Source of the DNA: Candidatus Latescibacterota bacterium
Lineage (GTDB): Bacteria > Latescibacterota > CBDEFO01
DNA: 64,000 nt
Assembly (NCBI GenBank): GCA_965248755.1
Contig: OZ252149.1
Span: forward strand, 4,192,001-4,256,000
Direction: 5' to 3'
A program made the position numbers and the translations under genes. Shown one piece after another: positions 37,793 to 48,170 of this stretch (position 1 is its first letter; each line of letters opens with the position of its first letter). The notes under the pieces were generated by a model. It was not told the origin of the DNA, did no database searches, and saw only the letters and a list, made by a program, of their open reading frames with translations.

Positions 37793-39418
37793 CCGACATT
37801 CCCCATATCACATTCATGAGGGATTATATTTCGATACATTCTTGTTTCTGAATTAATATTACCACTTTTACATTTTTCAACAAGTACTTTTTTCAATTAA
37901 AATAGTATTTTCCTCTGAATTATCACTTTCTTTGTGTTTAAATCCTCCAATTAGAGACACCTCTCCATCGACTCACAAAAAAATGTGGCAGTTTAAACAG
38001 AATAACATCGCAATCGTTCAATCCGGGATAATATTTCGGCAAATAACCTCTTGTCTATCCCAACCTCAGCCATTTGAAACGTAATATATCCGCTGTGTCT
38101 GACAATCTTCGCTCCGATTTTGATAAATTTCACGAGGAGGCTGCGTAGTGACCAGTGTTTGATTTTCTTCGGAAGAACAAAACGTCGCAGGAAGTTGCCC
38201 AAGTTGTAAGCCAGAACAAACAGCCAGAGCCTCACCTGATTGGAGACGAAACGCTTGCATGAGAGTCGGGTCCAGTTCAGAGCATACTTGCCCTCCTTAA
38301 TCCACTGCTCAGCTCTGCCACGGCCATTGTAGAAGTGTACCACGCCTTCTGGCTTGGCGCTCATGTTGGTCACGATAAATCCCACTCTTGGGAATAACTC
38401 CCCTTGGTGCCATTCAACCTTGGCGACCACTCGCCTCGATTGATCCCAACTGGCCGCTTTATATTGAAATTCATATAACGATACAATCGGTTTCCTCGGC
38501 GGTCGTCCAACTGGCCGAGTCAGCAGGTATCGTATCTTTTCATAGAGTATCTCATTTGCGGGAAGCCGAATGGCATACAAATAGCCGTTTCCCTCCAGAT
38601 AATCATAAATCTCAGGCTTTGCGAATGCAGCATCGCCTCGAAAGTATTTCCTATTCTTCTTGCTCTCGTATCTCTTGACGATCGGTTCCAGAACTTCCTT
38701 CCAACGATCAGCACTGTGAACATTACCAGAGCGAAGTAGGACTCCTTCACAATCCCCGAACTGATTGAAGCAGAACACTGGATGAAAACAGGTACATCCG
38801 AAATGACCGTTGTAAGCTGATCCTTCCTGCTGGCCATGTACCGGACTCTCCGAACTGTCCATGTCCAGAATGATTCGTTGATGCTGTGTTTTACTCATCG
38901 CTTTTTGAACCCACTTGCCATTGATATCTGACAAGTTTCTGAGATTGTCATGCTGAGTCAGTATATCAGTTTCAAAACGTCCTATCGTGTTGGAGCTGGC
39001 AGCTTGCCTGCCTTTGTCCTTCTTTCCGGTAATCGCTCGCATGACGGGATCAACGGATAATCGCTCGGCGTCATTTACATCTTCATATCCTGCAAGACGG
39101 CTGTATATCGATTGACGCAGGAGAGTAGATATATCATGTTGGATATTACGGCCTGTGCGTTTATCGGTAAAAACCGCTGATACCGAATCAAATAATCCCA
39201 GTGCGTAATCAAGGTCACGATACGCAAGAAGTCCACCGTTTGATGTCACCTTTGCACCATGAAATTCAAGCTTTATTCCTCCATCAAAACCTACTTTCAT
39301 TCTTTCACCCTCTGGATGATCAATATTTATCCGCCATTTATGAGTCTTATTTATTGTAATATAACATGTTCTGGCGACTTTGACAACCATTTTTCGGGTC
39401 TAATATGGCGAATGGGGG
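37793..39418 (-). mobile_element. IS1380-family insertion sequence
   Basis: Imperfect terminal IRs CCGACATTCCCCATAT (37793) and ATATGGCGAATGGGGG (ends 39418), 13/16 match; encloses a DDE transposase; no clean target duplication. Confidence 0.9.
37993..39390 (-). CDS. IS1380 family transposase
   Basis: VTSNGGLL, LAGYEDVNDA, ILDMDSS, LRSGNVHSA, FRGDAAF, FYNGRGRAEQWIKEGK, NQVRL, LAYNL; start uncertain (possibly 39300). Confidence 0.95.
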   Translation of the reverse strand: MVVKVARTCYITINKTHKWRINIDHPEGERMKVGFDGGIKLEFHGAKVTSNGGLLAYRDLDYALGLFDSVSAVFTDKRTGRNIQHDISTLLRQSIYSRLAGYEDVNDAERLSVDPVMRAITGKKDKGRQAASSNTIGRFETDILTQHDNLRNLSDINGKWVQKAMSKTQHQRIILDMDSSESPVHGQQEGSAYNGHFGCTCFHPVFCFNQFGDCEGVLLRSGNVHSADRWKEVLEPIVKRYESKKNRKYFRGDAAFAKPEIYDYLEGNGYLYAIRLPANEILYEKIRYLLTRPVGRPPRKPIVSLYEFQYKAASWDQSRRVVAKVEWHQGELFPRVGFIVTNMSAKPEGVVHFYNGRGRAEQWIKEGKYALNWTRLSCKRFVSNQVRLWLFVLAYNLGNFLRRFVLPKKIKHWSLRSLLVKFIKIGAKIVRHSGYITFQMAEVGIDKRLFAEILSRIERLRCYSV

Positions 39419-39473
39419 TTAATATCTCCTGTGCCATGATACTGTGCAGCGAAACTCTCCGCCCAGCTTTCCC

Positions 39474-40310
39474 TTATGGGGTCTGGTCCTGCAATTCATA
39501 GAGTGACACGAGCTTACTCTCATACTGGGGAATTGGGAATTCGTCCATCGTGAGACGGGCCACAGGGGAGCGCTGACCGCGTACCAGTCGGACGTGCTCT
39601 TCGACAAACCCCGTTATCTCACCACAATAGATCAGGTATGCATCTGCGGCCCGGTAACTCAGAATGAGTGTCCGACGCGGCTCTTTTGACGTGTTCGTGA
39701 CAGAGGCGTGCGGGGTCATACAGCTCATAAAGATGGCCGAGCCCACTTCGCCTTCTAGCGGCACCGCCTGCGTCGCGTCCACCGGCTCTGTTACCTTTCC
39801 GCGGAAAAGCCCGTCAGAGCTATGCTCCATCAAGGATGTCTGATGGCGACGTGGGATCACCTGCAGGCAGCCGTTTTGCACGGTGGCGTCATCCAGGTAG
39901 AAGAGGATAGAGACGGAGTCCCGGTTCGTAAGGGGGTAGTAGGAGAGATCCTGATGCCATTCAACGGGTGATCCGATCCCGGCAGGCTTCATGTTAATTT
40001 TGCTGTAATGGAAAAGGATATTCGAGCCGAGTAACTGCTCCACACAATCCAGTAATCGGTCCGATTCGGAGAACTCCCGGAAGCGCTCGTAGTAAGTGCA
40101 GGGCTCGTTGATACGCCGGACCAGGGTCCCATCCGGGGCCTGCTTCGGCTCCATCTCCAGACGCGTGTTGTCGTGATGTGCAAGCGTATTGTCCGCGGTG
40201 ATGGCCTCCATCTCGGCGTGAAAAGCCGCGACCTCGTCCCCGGACAGGAATCCCGGATAGACGCTGTACCCCTCGCGGTGGTAGTGTTCGACCTGTTGTG
40301 GTGATAGCAT
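39474..40310 (-). CDS. Phytanoyl-CoA dioxygenase (PhyH) family 2OG-Fe(II) oxygenase
   Basis: WHQD, LDDATVQNGCLQVIP, TPHAS..N..PRR. Confidence 0.92.
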   Translation of the reverse strand: MLSPQQVEHYHREGYSVYPGFLSGDEVAAFHAEMEAITADNTLAHHDNTRLEMEPKQAPDGTLVRRINEPCTYYERFREFSESDRLLDCVEQLLGSNILFHYSKINMKPAGIGSPVEWHQDLSYYPLTNRDSVSILFYLDDATVQNGCLQVIPRRHQTSLMEHSSDGLFRGKVTEPVDATQAVPLEGEVGSAIFMSCMTPHASVTNTSKEPRRTLILSYRAADAYLIYCGEITGFVEEHVRLVRGQRSPVARLTMDEFPIPQYESKLVSLYELQDQTP

Positions 40311-40424
40311 GGTTATGCCCTCCGGTTGCAGTAAGATTACTCGCCCAAAAGACACAATTCACCTATACCGCTTCTCGAACAAACGGACAGTGCTCTGCAC
40401 GGTCAGACAGCCCAGTCTGACCCG

Positions 40425-40664
40425 CTACTCAAAGCTCCCGTACATGCCAAACTCGGTCCCGAATGCCAGTCCGTAGGTGCGCGACACCATCACAGACGCC
40501 GTGTTCTGATTAACCAGATCGCTGAGCTTGGTGGGCTCGCCGACGGTGCTCTTCAGAATCTCGGTCTCTTCCTCTGCCGCAGACTTTTCGGCACAACCAG
40601 CATAAGGCAGAATGGCCGCAAGGCAAAACATAATACTTATTACACTAAGCCAATCCCATTCCAT
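40425..40664 (-). pseudogene. Probable truncated lipoprotein fragment
   Basis: AAAGGA RBS; lipobox-like YAG-C; short, ends abruptly. Confidence 0.4.
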
Positions 40665-40979
40665 ATCGATTCCTTTCAGACTTGAAAATTAGGACAATAA
40701 ATATATATCACACTCACATACGAATTGCCCGGGGTAGAAAATCGTCACCTGTCTACTTTACAGTAGAGATTTTCTCCAGGCATAGAAAGGTTCGCCTTCT
40801 CTCAGGCCATAGATCCATTGAAAAACCCCCGGTATCGTTAGTATTTTGTTGCCGTCTCCACCTTCTCCACGAGGAGCGTGTATGCCTTGGCGTAAAGTCG
40901 GTATGGCAACGCATATCCCCACAGGTCATGCCGGGATATACCTCCACCAACAGAACCGGCTGTTGTGCAGCATACCGGC

Positions 40980-42215
40980 CTATTCTTGCGGCAAACGCCA
41001 GCGAACCACTTCACAATTGAAGAGTTTGTCCGGTGTCGGCGGGTCCGGTGGCCAGCCGTCAGGTCGCCAATACGAATAGCTGGTTACCAGTGTACCATCG
41101 TCGAGCTCGACGGTGTTGCCGAAACCTCCACCCGAGCAGCGGCCGATGGGAGTTCTGATGTCAACCATGAAGACGTCGTGCTCAAAATCGAATTCAAAGC
41201 CGTCTTCGCTTTCACGGCCGAGTACCGCACGGACGCCGAGGGGAGGATCGATCGAGCGCTGAGTATAAGTAAACAGCAGCCGTCCATCCCTCAACCGCAG
41301 AATGGAATGAAACATGCGGCCGTAGTCGCCCAAATCCGCACCGGCCTGCCACGTATGGCCCTGGTCGGTGGAGAAGAAAGCTTTCAGTCTATGGAACTGG
41401 TCGAAGTTAAGTTCGGAAATACTCTGAGCAGGGGGCTCACTGTAGTGAAGCATGGTGATGGCAGCGTTGCCGAGTTCTTGGGGGGTCAGCACCCGCCCCG
41501 GAAGGGCATAGAACCGATGATCAACCCTGGCTATGGCGTAAATCTTCCCGGAACGCGCCTGCCAGAGCACTGCTTCGGCAAATATGGACCCTGGATAGCG
41601 TTCCGGTACCCCTTCTACTTCTATCGGGTAGCAGTCCGGCCACGTCCGACCCCCATCGTAGCTCCGGGCTACGTATTCGTCCCCGTATTGAGCATGGAGA
41701 GGAGGATTCTGTTCTTTTGGTATATCCACGATCTGCAGCAACGAACCGTCTTCCAACTGCAGTATATTTCGCGAACAGTTGTTCCCTCTGACCCTGCGCG
41801 AGTTGTTCCCCCTGACCCTGGTGGCAAATTCCGGAGGCAAGTGGTATTCCGACCAGGTGTGTCCATTGTCCTCAGAACGGTACCCCCACGGGCCTCCCGT
41901 GACCAACAGGGTTCCGTCTCGCATTTGAGATAAATAGGGCTCTTCGCCGTCCGGCAGGTTGGTAGTGTGACGCCCTCCCTCCCAGGTCCGACCGCCGTCG
42001 TGCGAACGATACAGATAGATGGGTAGCCCCGCTGTCACATCAAGAAGGTAGCACAATAGCAGCAACTCGTTTCCACCCAGGTATGCGATATTAGGCTTGT
42101 ATTCAAGCTTTTGGCCTACCGGAACCCGTTCGGCTTGCAGCTTTTCTACCGTTAGCTTGCGCGGGTTTCGAATGGCAATGAAGTCCTGAAAGGGCTCCTG
42201 TGGTGAGTTATTCAT
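40980..42215 (-). CDS. Sialidase/BNR (Asp-box) beta-propeller protein
   Basis: Asp-boxes SHDGGRTW, SEDNGHTW, SYDGGRTW, STDQGHTW; AAGGAG RBS. Confidence 0.85.
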   Translation of the reverse strand: MNNSPQEPFQDFIAIRNPRKLTVEKLQAERVPVGQKLEYKPNIAYLGGNELLLLCYLLDVTAGLPIYLYRSHDGGRTWEGGRHTTNLPDGEEPYLSQMRDGTLLVTGGPWGYRSEDNGHTWSEYHLPPEFATRVRGNNSRRVRGNNCSRNILQLEDGSLLQIVDIPKEQNPPLHAQYGDEYVARSYDGGRTWPDCYPIEVEGVPERYPGSIFAEAVLWQARSGKIYAIARVDHRFYALPGRVLTPQELGNAAITMLHYSEPPAQSISELNFDQFHRLKAFFSTDQGHTWQAGADLGDYGRMFHSILRLRDGRLLFTYTQRSIDPPLGVRAVLGRESEDGFEFDFEHDVFMVDIRTPIGRCSGGGFGNTVELDDGTLVTSYSYWRPDGWPPDPPTPDKLFNCEVVRWRLPQE

Positions 42216-42346
42216 CTCTGTCTTCTCCTTTCGATGGTTTTCTCTTTACGTGGTTGTTAAAGGTGACATTCTAAGCAAAAGGACAATTTCAACAAAGTTG
42301 CCTTGCCAGAGATATTCCACGCATCTTCAGTCACAGTTCTGCAATC

Positions 42347-42466
42347 TTGGAGTTCGTAATCATACTCGTCAGTGTTCGTCAATGCAGGAAGAAAGACATA
42401 AAGGTACAGATCAATTTGGTGGGAAGATACAGAATAAGACAGTGGATGTCAATAGGAATTGTGGAG
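42347..42466 (-). promoter_or_regulatory. Duplicated sigma70 promoter and leader segment, copy 2
   Basis: TTGACA (42452-42447)-17 nt-TATCTT (42429-42424); homologous to 30690-30806. Confidence 0.65.
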
Positions 42467-42967
42467 TGGATCGTCAGGCTCTCAACGAACTATTACTCTG
42501 GACGGCGGGCTCATACTTTTTTAAGAAAGTTGCCGGTGTCCATATAGTGTCCAAAATATGTCAAAACAGATGGAAACAGATGGAAAGAGATAATAATAGA
42601 TAACAGTAGATAGCGATATCCAATTTCTGTAAAATTAAGCACGTAACCTGTATCCTATTGTATTGCAATATCTTACACAAAAGGGTATGAATAATAATAC
42701 ATAATAATTGGCCGTCATTTCCCGATATACACACAAAATTTCCAGACATGGTTCCACTAATCTAAAACCCCTTTGATACCAGTAGCCTCGAGTAGTACTG
42801 CCCCACACAAAATACGTACAGGGAAACGGAATTTCATGAAATCTCCATATCAGTATTACGACCACTTCCGTAGCGGAGTATGCCGACCACTTCTGGACTG
42901 CTTTTGAGCCGAGCGATGAGATCTTCCAGATCCTGAAACATTGAATTTTTATATCCCTCATATAGAG

Positions 42968-43612
42968 TCAGTCTGCCTGCTCGCCGCCTCCGGGGTTTAT
43001 GGGAGCTCCCTCCCAGAGTTGGAGGAATTCCTGAGCTTTTTGCGACGTGTGCAGATAAGAAAAGCGAGCCACCTGGCGTCCGATGTCCATGACCCTTTCC
43101 TGCAGTCGGTCGTCTTTCAAATTTCCGTCCTCATCGAACGCATTCCATGCTTCAGGGATAGATGCCTGTTCCGGGATGACCCATGCATGGAGCGCACGTC
43201 CTACCGTCCGGAGACTGTTCAAGGCGTTAAGACCGCCCATCTGTCCCCCCGATACGCCCACAAGCCCGATCATCTTGCCTTCAAACTCATCAAACCCCAG
43301 CAGATCTACGGCGTTTTTCAACACACCGCTGAAGCTACCATGATACTCAGGTGTCCCCAGAATAATACCTCGTGCCCTACTTACCTCTTCCCGCAGTTTA
43401 AAGATGTCCTCGGGATAGGCACTTTCGTCTTCCTTCCCATCGCACAAAATGAGGTCGTATTCCTTCAAGTCTATCAATTGGGTCTGGACACCCACCTCCA
43501 GAGCACCTTGTAGTGCGACGTTCACTGCCATGCGGGTATAGCTGCCATCTCTAAGGCTCCCACAGATGCCGACGATCAGGATGTTGTTTTCCGTATGATC
43601 TGTTTGATTCAT
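42968..43612 (-). CDS. NADPH-dependent FMN reductase
   Basis: GICGSLRDGSYT, GTPEYHGSFSGVLKNAVD. Confidence 0.94.
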   Translation of the reverse strand: MNQTDHTENNILIVGICGSLRDGSYTRMAVNVALQGALEVGVQTQLIDLKEYDLILCDGKEDESAYPEDIFKLREEVSRARGIILGTPEYHGSFSGVLKNAVDLLGFDEFEGKMIGLVGVSGGQMGGLNALNSLRTVGRALHAWVIPEQASIPEAWNAFDEDGNLKDDRLQERVMDIGRQVARFSYLHTSQKAQEFLQLWEGAPINPGGGEQAD

Positions 43613-43822
43613 GGTGATCTCCTTTTGACATTGACGTCAAGTAAACGTCCCTCAAATACGCTAAGAACGAACCGACTCTTTTACCGAATAATCACGGCTA
43701 CAATTCTATCCGCTTATAGAGTCCCGCTGCATAAAGATGTGCCGCATCATTTAGTCTTTCTATCGTATGCTGGTTCCATTGATTTGTTCTGAGCACGGTG
43801 ATCCCCATCAGTGAAGCATCAA

Positions 43823-43977
43823 CCAACATTCCCCATATCACATTCATGAGGGGTTTTATATCGATACAATCTTATTTGTGAATGAATATTACCACTTTTA
43901 TATTTTTCAACAAGTACTTTTTTCAATCAAAATAGCATTTTCCTCTGAATTATCACTTTCTTTGTGTTTAAATCCTC
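43823..43977 (-). mobile_element. Orphan IS1380 right end (155 bp)
   Basis: Colinear, highly similar copy of 37793-37947, including the IR CCAACATTCCCCATAT. Confidence 0.88.
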
Positions 43978-44160
43978 GGGGTCGAAGGGGCGTCCACTGA
44001 GACGGTAGTGGTTAAGCGTGATAGGGAACTCCTACATCCCAAATTGTCATGTGCACTTGCAGGCGACCATATGCACTCCGCAAGGCTAAATGCCTCACTA
44101 ATGAGCAGTATGTATAAAGTACAAAAAATCCACCACAATCACAAGACAACTTTTGACCTT
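43978..44160 (+). ncRNA. Probable group II intron domain I fragment
   Basis: Ordered motifs GGGGTCGAAGGG..GATAGGGAACTCCTACA..CATATGCA..GCAAGGCTAAATGCC recall bacterial group II intron domain I (from memory); no domain V or RT nearby. Confidence 0.45.
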
Positions 44161-44165
44161 TACTT

Positions 44166-44325
44166 TTCTACCAACTTCTACTAAATTTCTACTGGAACAA
44201 GCCAAAACACCGTGAAACACAAAGAAACACCGTAGAAGGTGAAGGGTTGTTAGCCTAAATAAAATAAAGAGTTAGGTAACAACACGAAACAGCAGGGAAA
44301 ACACTTAACTGACAGTGGGTCAGAC
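44166..44325 (+). mobile_element. Orphan integrase attachment-site remnant, second copy
   Basis: TTCTACC/TTCTACT/TTCTACT with the same 10/11-nt spacing as at 14820, then CTGAC-AGTGG-GTCAG about 115 nt downstream. Confidence 0.5.
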
Positions 44326-44520
44326 AGGAATGTCACTGGAAGGTTTCCTCACCATAGCGTTCACCTCCTGCCGCCTAAGATACTACAGAACTAATAATAG
44401 GGCAATACTTAAGAGGAGTGACTACCTAGCCGCAAACTTTCCCCGCGAATTTTATAGTCAATTGAAGATAGGTGCAGTATAGTCTTCCGTCAAGAATGCA
44501 TCTGTCCTTGTATTACTTAG

Positions 44521-44549
44521 TTGACACTCCATCACGAATTCCTTATATT
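44521..44549 (+). promoter_or_regulatory. sigma70-type promoter
   Basis: TTGACA-17 nt-TATATT upstream of 44663. Confidence 0.65.
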
Positions 44550-44662
44550 ACTTCATATCAGTCTCTCGGAACTCTACTTGAAATAATCAGGCAAGGCTGC
44601 AGGCGAGATTCCGTGCCATCCGTGTTACGATCGGTAAGAACACGACTGCTCAAGGCGAAAGA

Positions 44663-45067
44663 ATGTACAGACTCTTCTTAACTTTCTTTGCAATAGTATC
44701 TTTGATCCTTTACACTGGATGCTCTCAGACAAGGCCGATAAAGACGGTCGATTCGATTTTACCGGAAGATATAAAAGAGGGAGAAGAAGCCAAGATTATC
44801 CTCAAGGATCGGACCACAGCCGAGGGCACGATTATCTCTTCAAATGAAGATGAGATAACCCTCAAAATTGTGTATCAAGATTACGAAAAAGGCGGGAAAA
44901 GAGCAAAGTTCATATCTTACAGATGGGATGACATCGAAAGAGTCGAATCCAAGTCACAGGGGGAAAAGACCAGAAGCAGCCTTCGCGTGGCGGCGATAAT
45001 GACCGGTATTGTAATAGGTACCGGTTTTCTGCTTTTGGGACTCATAACAGATGCCCTGTCCAATTGA
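44663..45067 (+). CDS. Hypothetical lipoprotein with C-terminal TM
   Basis: Lipobox YTG-C; small beta-rich core (KIILKD..EGTI..ITL); hydrophobic C-terminus. Confidence 0.7.
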   Translation: MYRLFLTFFAIVSLILYTGCSQTRPIKTVDSILPEDIKEGEEAKIILKDRTTAEGTIISSNEDEITLKIVYQDYEKGGKRAKFISYRWDDIERVESKSQGEKTRSSLRVAAIMTGIVIGTGFLLLGLITDALSN

Positions 45068-45171
45068 TTGAGCTCTTTAAGTAAGAAGCTCCAAAAGTGC
45101 AACAGCAGAGAGTCCTGATGCCTGAAGAATCCTTTGTGCTGAATTAATACTGAAGAAGGACTACACCAAAT

Positions 45172-45792
45172 ATGAAGGTCAACAAAAAGGGAGTGGCTTT
45201 CTTGATTTCGGGGATGTGCAGCCCGTTTATCCTGCTCTTTCTGACCTCAATCCCTATAGTCTATCTGCATACATCTTCCCTCGGTTCCTTTCTGCTGTTC
45301 TTCTTTTTGACTCTTGTCTTTGTAATTATGGTTCCTCTGGTTTCTATTGTTATGCTGTTCGTAAAGGGGAAGATAACGAGCATACACATTATAGACAAAG
45401 GTGAACGCAAGCTCCCCTTTGTAGTGGTGATCTTAAGCGTGTGCCTCGGTCTGGTTTTTTTTTATCTTTTCGATGCTCCGCTGGAGCTTATCGCTTTGGC
45501 TATTACATTTATAGCTAATGGTATTGTTCTGGCGGCGATCACACCCTATTGGAAAGTGAGCCTGCACGTAGCCGCGGCGACGTGCTGTTTTACAGCGGTG
45601 ACCGTGTTCTGCGGATGGAAGATGTCTTTTTCGTTTCTTGCTCTTCCTCTCATATCGTGGGCGAGGATCTCGAGAGGGAGGCACAATCTTGCGCAGTCGC
45701 TGGGAGCAGTTTTGGCCTCACTGGTAGTGACGATTTTGATGTTCTATATATTCCTGCCCGATTATATACACAGGCTGTTGTCTTTCGAGTAG
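45172..45792 (+). CDS. Membrane protein, PAP2-superfamily-like
   Basis: About 6 TMs; ERKLPF, WKVSLH, WARISRGRHNLAQ. Confidence 0.75.
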   Translation: MKVNKKGVAFLISGMCSPFILLFLTSIPIVYLHTSSLGSFLLFFFLTLVFVIMVPLVSIVMLFVKGKITSIHIIDKGERKLPFVVVILSVCLGLVFFYLFDAPLELIALAITFIANGIVLAAITPYWKVSLHVAAATCCFTAVTVFCGWKMSFSFLALPLISWARISRGRHNLAQSLGAVLASLVVTILMFYIFLPDYIHRLLSFE

Positions 45793-45975
45793 CAACGAAT
45801 GATATAAGGGGATGATCTGTTTGGACGATCTAAAATCGTGGCTGACTCTATTTAACATTAAGGGTGTGATAAGACTAATAAATCTGTATTAAAATGTGTA
45901 AATACGGCTCATGCGGTTATGGATCCTGAGCTTTTAGTTCAAACTATCAATGGGGTAAAGAATAGATAAGAAAGA

Positions 45976-47310
45976 GTGTATAGAATGCCAATTCATAGAG
46001 AATCAACCAACATTAGTGGAAAGTTAGTTCCTAATATTTTGATGGTAGGCTCAGGTCATTATACCACTGGTTGGGTTAAAGGACAACAAAACAAATCAGA
46101 TAAGAAGATAGGTGTTATTGCTCCTGTTCTTTTTGATCAAAGAAGATTAGGTAATGTAGGAAATTTATCTATGGTTGGAACGAATGGAACAAGATTCCCT
46201 GAGATAAGATCACATTTAGAAGAACATGTTGCACAGGTCTATAGAGACATGGATACTTCTTTTAGATCATTTCCAAATGATGACGTTAAAAGTAATCCTT
46301 TGGCATATTTGGAAGCTATGGAAACTTTGGATCCCGGGGATGCAGTTATAATTACCACGCCAGATGATACCCACTTCAAAATCGCAAAAGCTGCTATAGA
46401 AAAAGGTCTTCACTTTTTGATTACAAAACCGCCAGTAAAGACACTTAAAGAGCATCTTGAACTAATTAATATTGCAAAACAACATGATGTACTGGGTGCT
46501 GTTGATGTGCATAAAAGATATGATACAGTGTATGCTGATGCAAGACAACAAATAAGGGAACAATTACAAAAACATGAACGTCTTACTTGCCTACAGGCAC
46601 ATATGACCTGTCAAAAAGAACGACTGGATAATGTCCCTTGGGCCGGAAAATCGAGCGATGTTAGTTATTATTTGAATTCACACCATATTGACTGGCATGT
46701 GTGGACTATGGAAGATTTTGCTAGACCCGTTAAGGTTTATGCTACTGCTGCCAAAGGTATTGCAAATAACCCTCCTCATAATTTACCGACAGAAGATATG
46801 ATTATATTAACTGTTGATTGGGAACATTTCTCTGATCCCAAAAATAATGGGATAGCTGTGTACATAGCAGGATGGGTAGATCCAGCAAGTGATGTCTATA
46901 CAGAACAAGGATTTACAATCAATGTACCAGGGTACAAAATAGATGCTGACCAAAGTCGTAGAGGTTACATGACATCAGAAGATGGTCCAGGTATTAAGTC
47001 ACTAAATCCCTTTTATATGAAGTACTCACCTAATGAAGAAGGGTACTTTGATAGTAGAGGTTACGGGTGTTTATGCATTGCAGCTTTTATAGAAGCTATC
47101 GGTCAAATACTAAATAAACAAAAAACTGTAACAGATTATGATAGAACACTCCCCATAATTGCTAGGACAACCCAGATGACAGCAATTTTAGAAGCAGGAA
47201 GAGAAAGTTTAGATGCTGGAGGAGTTCCTGTGTCCATTAAATATGATAAGAAAGATAAATCGCTTCCGGTTGGGCTGACTAAGTACAAATTATTAAGAAC
47301 AAGAATGTAA
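45976..47310 (+). CDS. Gfo/Idh/MocA oxidoreductase, D-galacturonate reductase (GaaA)-like
   Basis: LMVGSGHYTTG..SDKKIGV, TPDDTH, LITKP, HKRYD, WAGKSSDVSYYLNSHHID, NPFYMKYSP; AT-rich. Confidence 0.85.
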   Translation: MYRMPIHRESTNISGKLVPNILMVGSGHYTTGWVKGQQNKSDKKIGVIAPVLFDQRRLGNVGNLSMVGTNGTRFPEIRSHLEEHVAQVYRDMDTSFRSFPNDDVKSNPLAYLEAMETLDPGDAVIITTPDDTHFKIAKAAIEKGLHFLITKPPVKTLKEHLELINIAKQHDVLGAVDVHKRYDTVYADARQQIREQLQKHERLTCLQAHMTCQKERLDNVPWAGKSSDVSYYLNSHHIDWHVWTMEDFARPVKVYATAAKGIANNPPHNLPTEDMIILTVDWEHFSDPKNNGIAVYIAGWVDPASDVYTEQGFTINVPGYKIDADQSRRGYMTSEDGPGIKSLNPFYMKYSPNEEGYFDSRGYGCLCIAAFIEAIGQILNKQKTVTDYDRTLPIIARTTQMTAILEAGRESLDAGGVPVSIKYDKKDKSLPVGLTKYKLLRTRM

Positions 47311-47649
47311 CGAAAGAAAAAATGTGATTTTGCAAGACCTTGATTCATTATAGACAAGAAGAAACTTCGATTGGAGCAAGAAAGAAACTTTAAGTATAGA
47401 CTTGCATTCTTTGCCTCAGTCGTACATTTCCCATACTAACTGATATAGTTGAAAATGAGGCTGACCCCCCCTACTTAGCTGAAGATTTACTCTAAAACTG
47501 GATAAGGATGCAGGAAACTTGTGCTCTCTCATTTTCTGATAACTTTCTCCTTCTCTTAATCCTAAGTCGCCTTACGAGATCTCTGTCAAGTGAACTATTA
47601 GATACGCACGCTGGCTTAATGCACAATAAGATTTGTATCATTGAATAAT

Positions 47650-48141
47650 GTAGATAGGACATTTGCAGACAAGGTAGATTATGCCACTGGAGATACTGCC
47701 AATTGAGTCTTCAGTGCAGATTTAGATAGTGATGGTGATAATGACATGGCAGTGGCTAATGTTGACAGCGGTAGTGTATCAGTGTTTTTGAATCGCTCTG
47801 ATATACCCACTGCTGGTGTCACTGCTGTAATCGAGTATAAAGGACCATTATCAGTTATTCCCGAAGCTTATGCTTTCTCGCAGAACTATCAAAATCCCTG
47901 TATCCCCTCAGACGGTGATCTATCATGATCTTCGTGTTTGAACCACGTTAACTTATCTAGCTTCAACATGGTGGGGCAGGAGGTGGCGACGTTGGTGGAT
48001 GGAGAGACGGATGCGGGCAGGCATTCAGTGGTCTGGGATGCTAAGGATAGCGACGGATAAAGCCTTGCCAGCGGAGTCTATCTGTATCGGATGGAGACAG
48101 ATGGATTTACAATGACAAGGGAACCGATATTAATGAGATAG
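47650..48141 (+). pseudogene. Decayed 3' remnant of an FG-GAP + FlgD-Ig/T9SS-like CTD gene
   Basis: TFADKVDYATG, SADLDSDGDNDMAVAN, FSQNYQNP, LASGVYLYRMETDG, with several stops and frameshifts. Confidence 0.8.
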
Positions 48142-48170
48142 ACCTTCTCATCTTAAGTGATGCGACAGAG

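Noticed and set aside
42834..42941. Nucleotidyltransferase-like N-terminal stub (MFQDLEDLIARLKSSPEVVGILRYGS)
   Set aside because: Only 35 codons; too short to call with confidence.
14820..44325. attL/attR pair bracketing a 29-kb island
   Set aside because: Both sites have the arm repeats on the same side of the core and different spacers, so they are the same kind of end from separate events.
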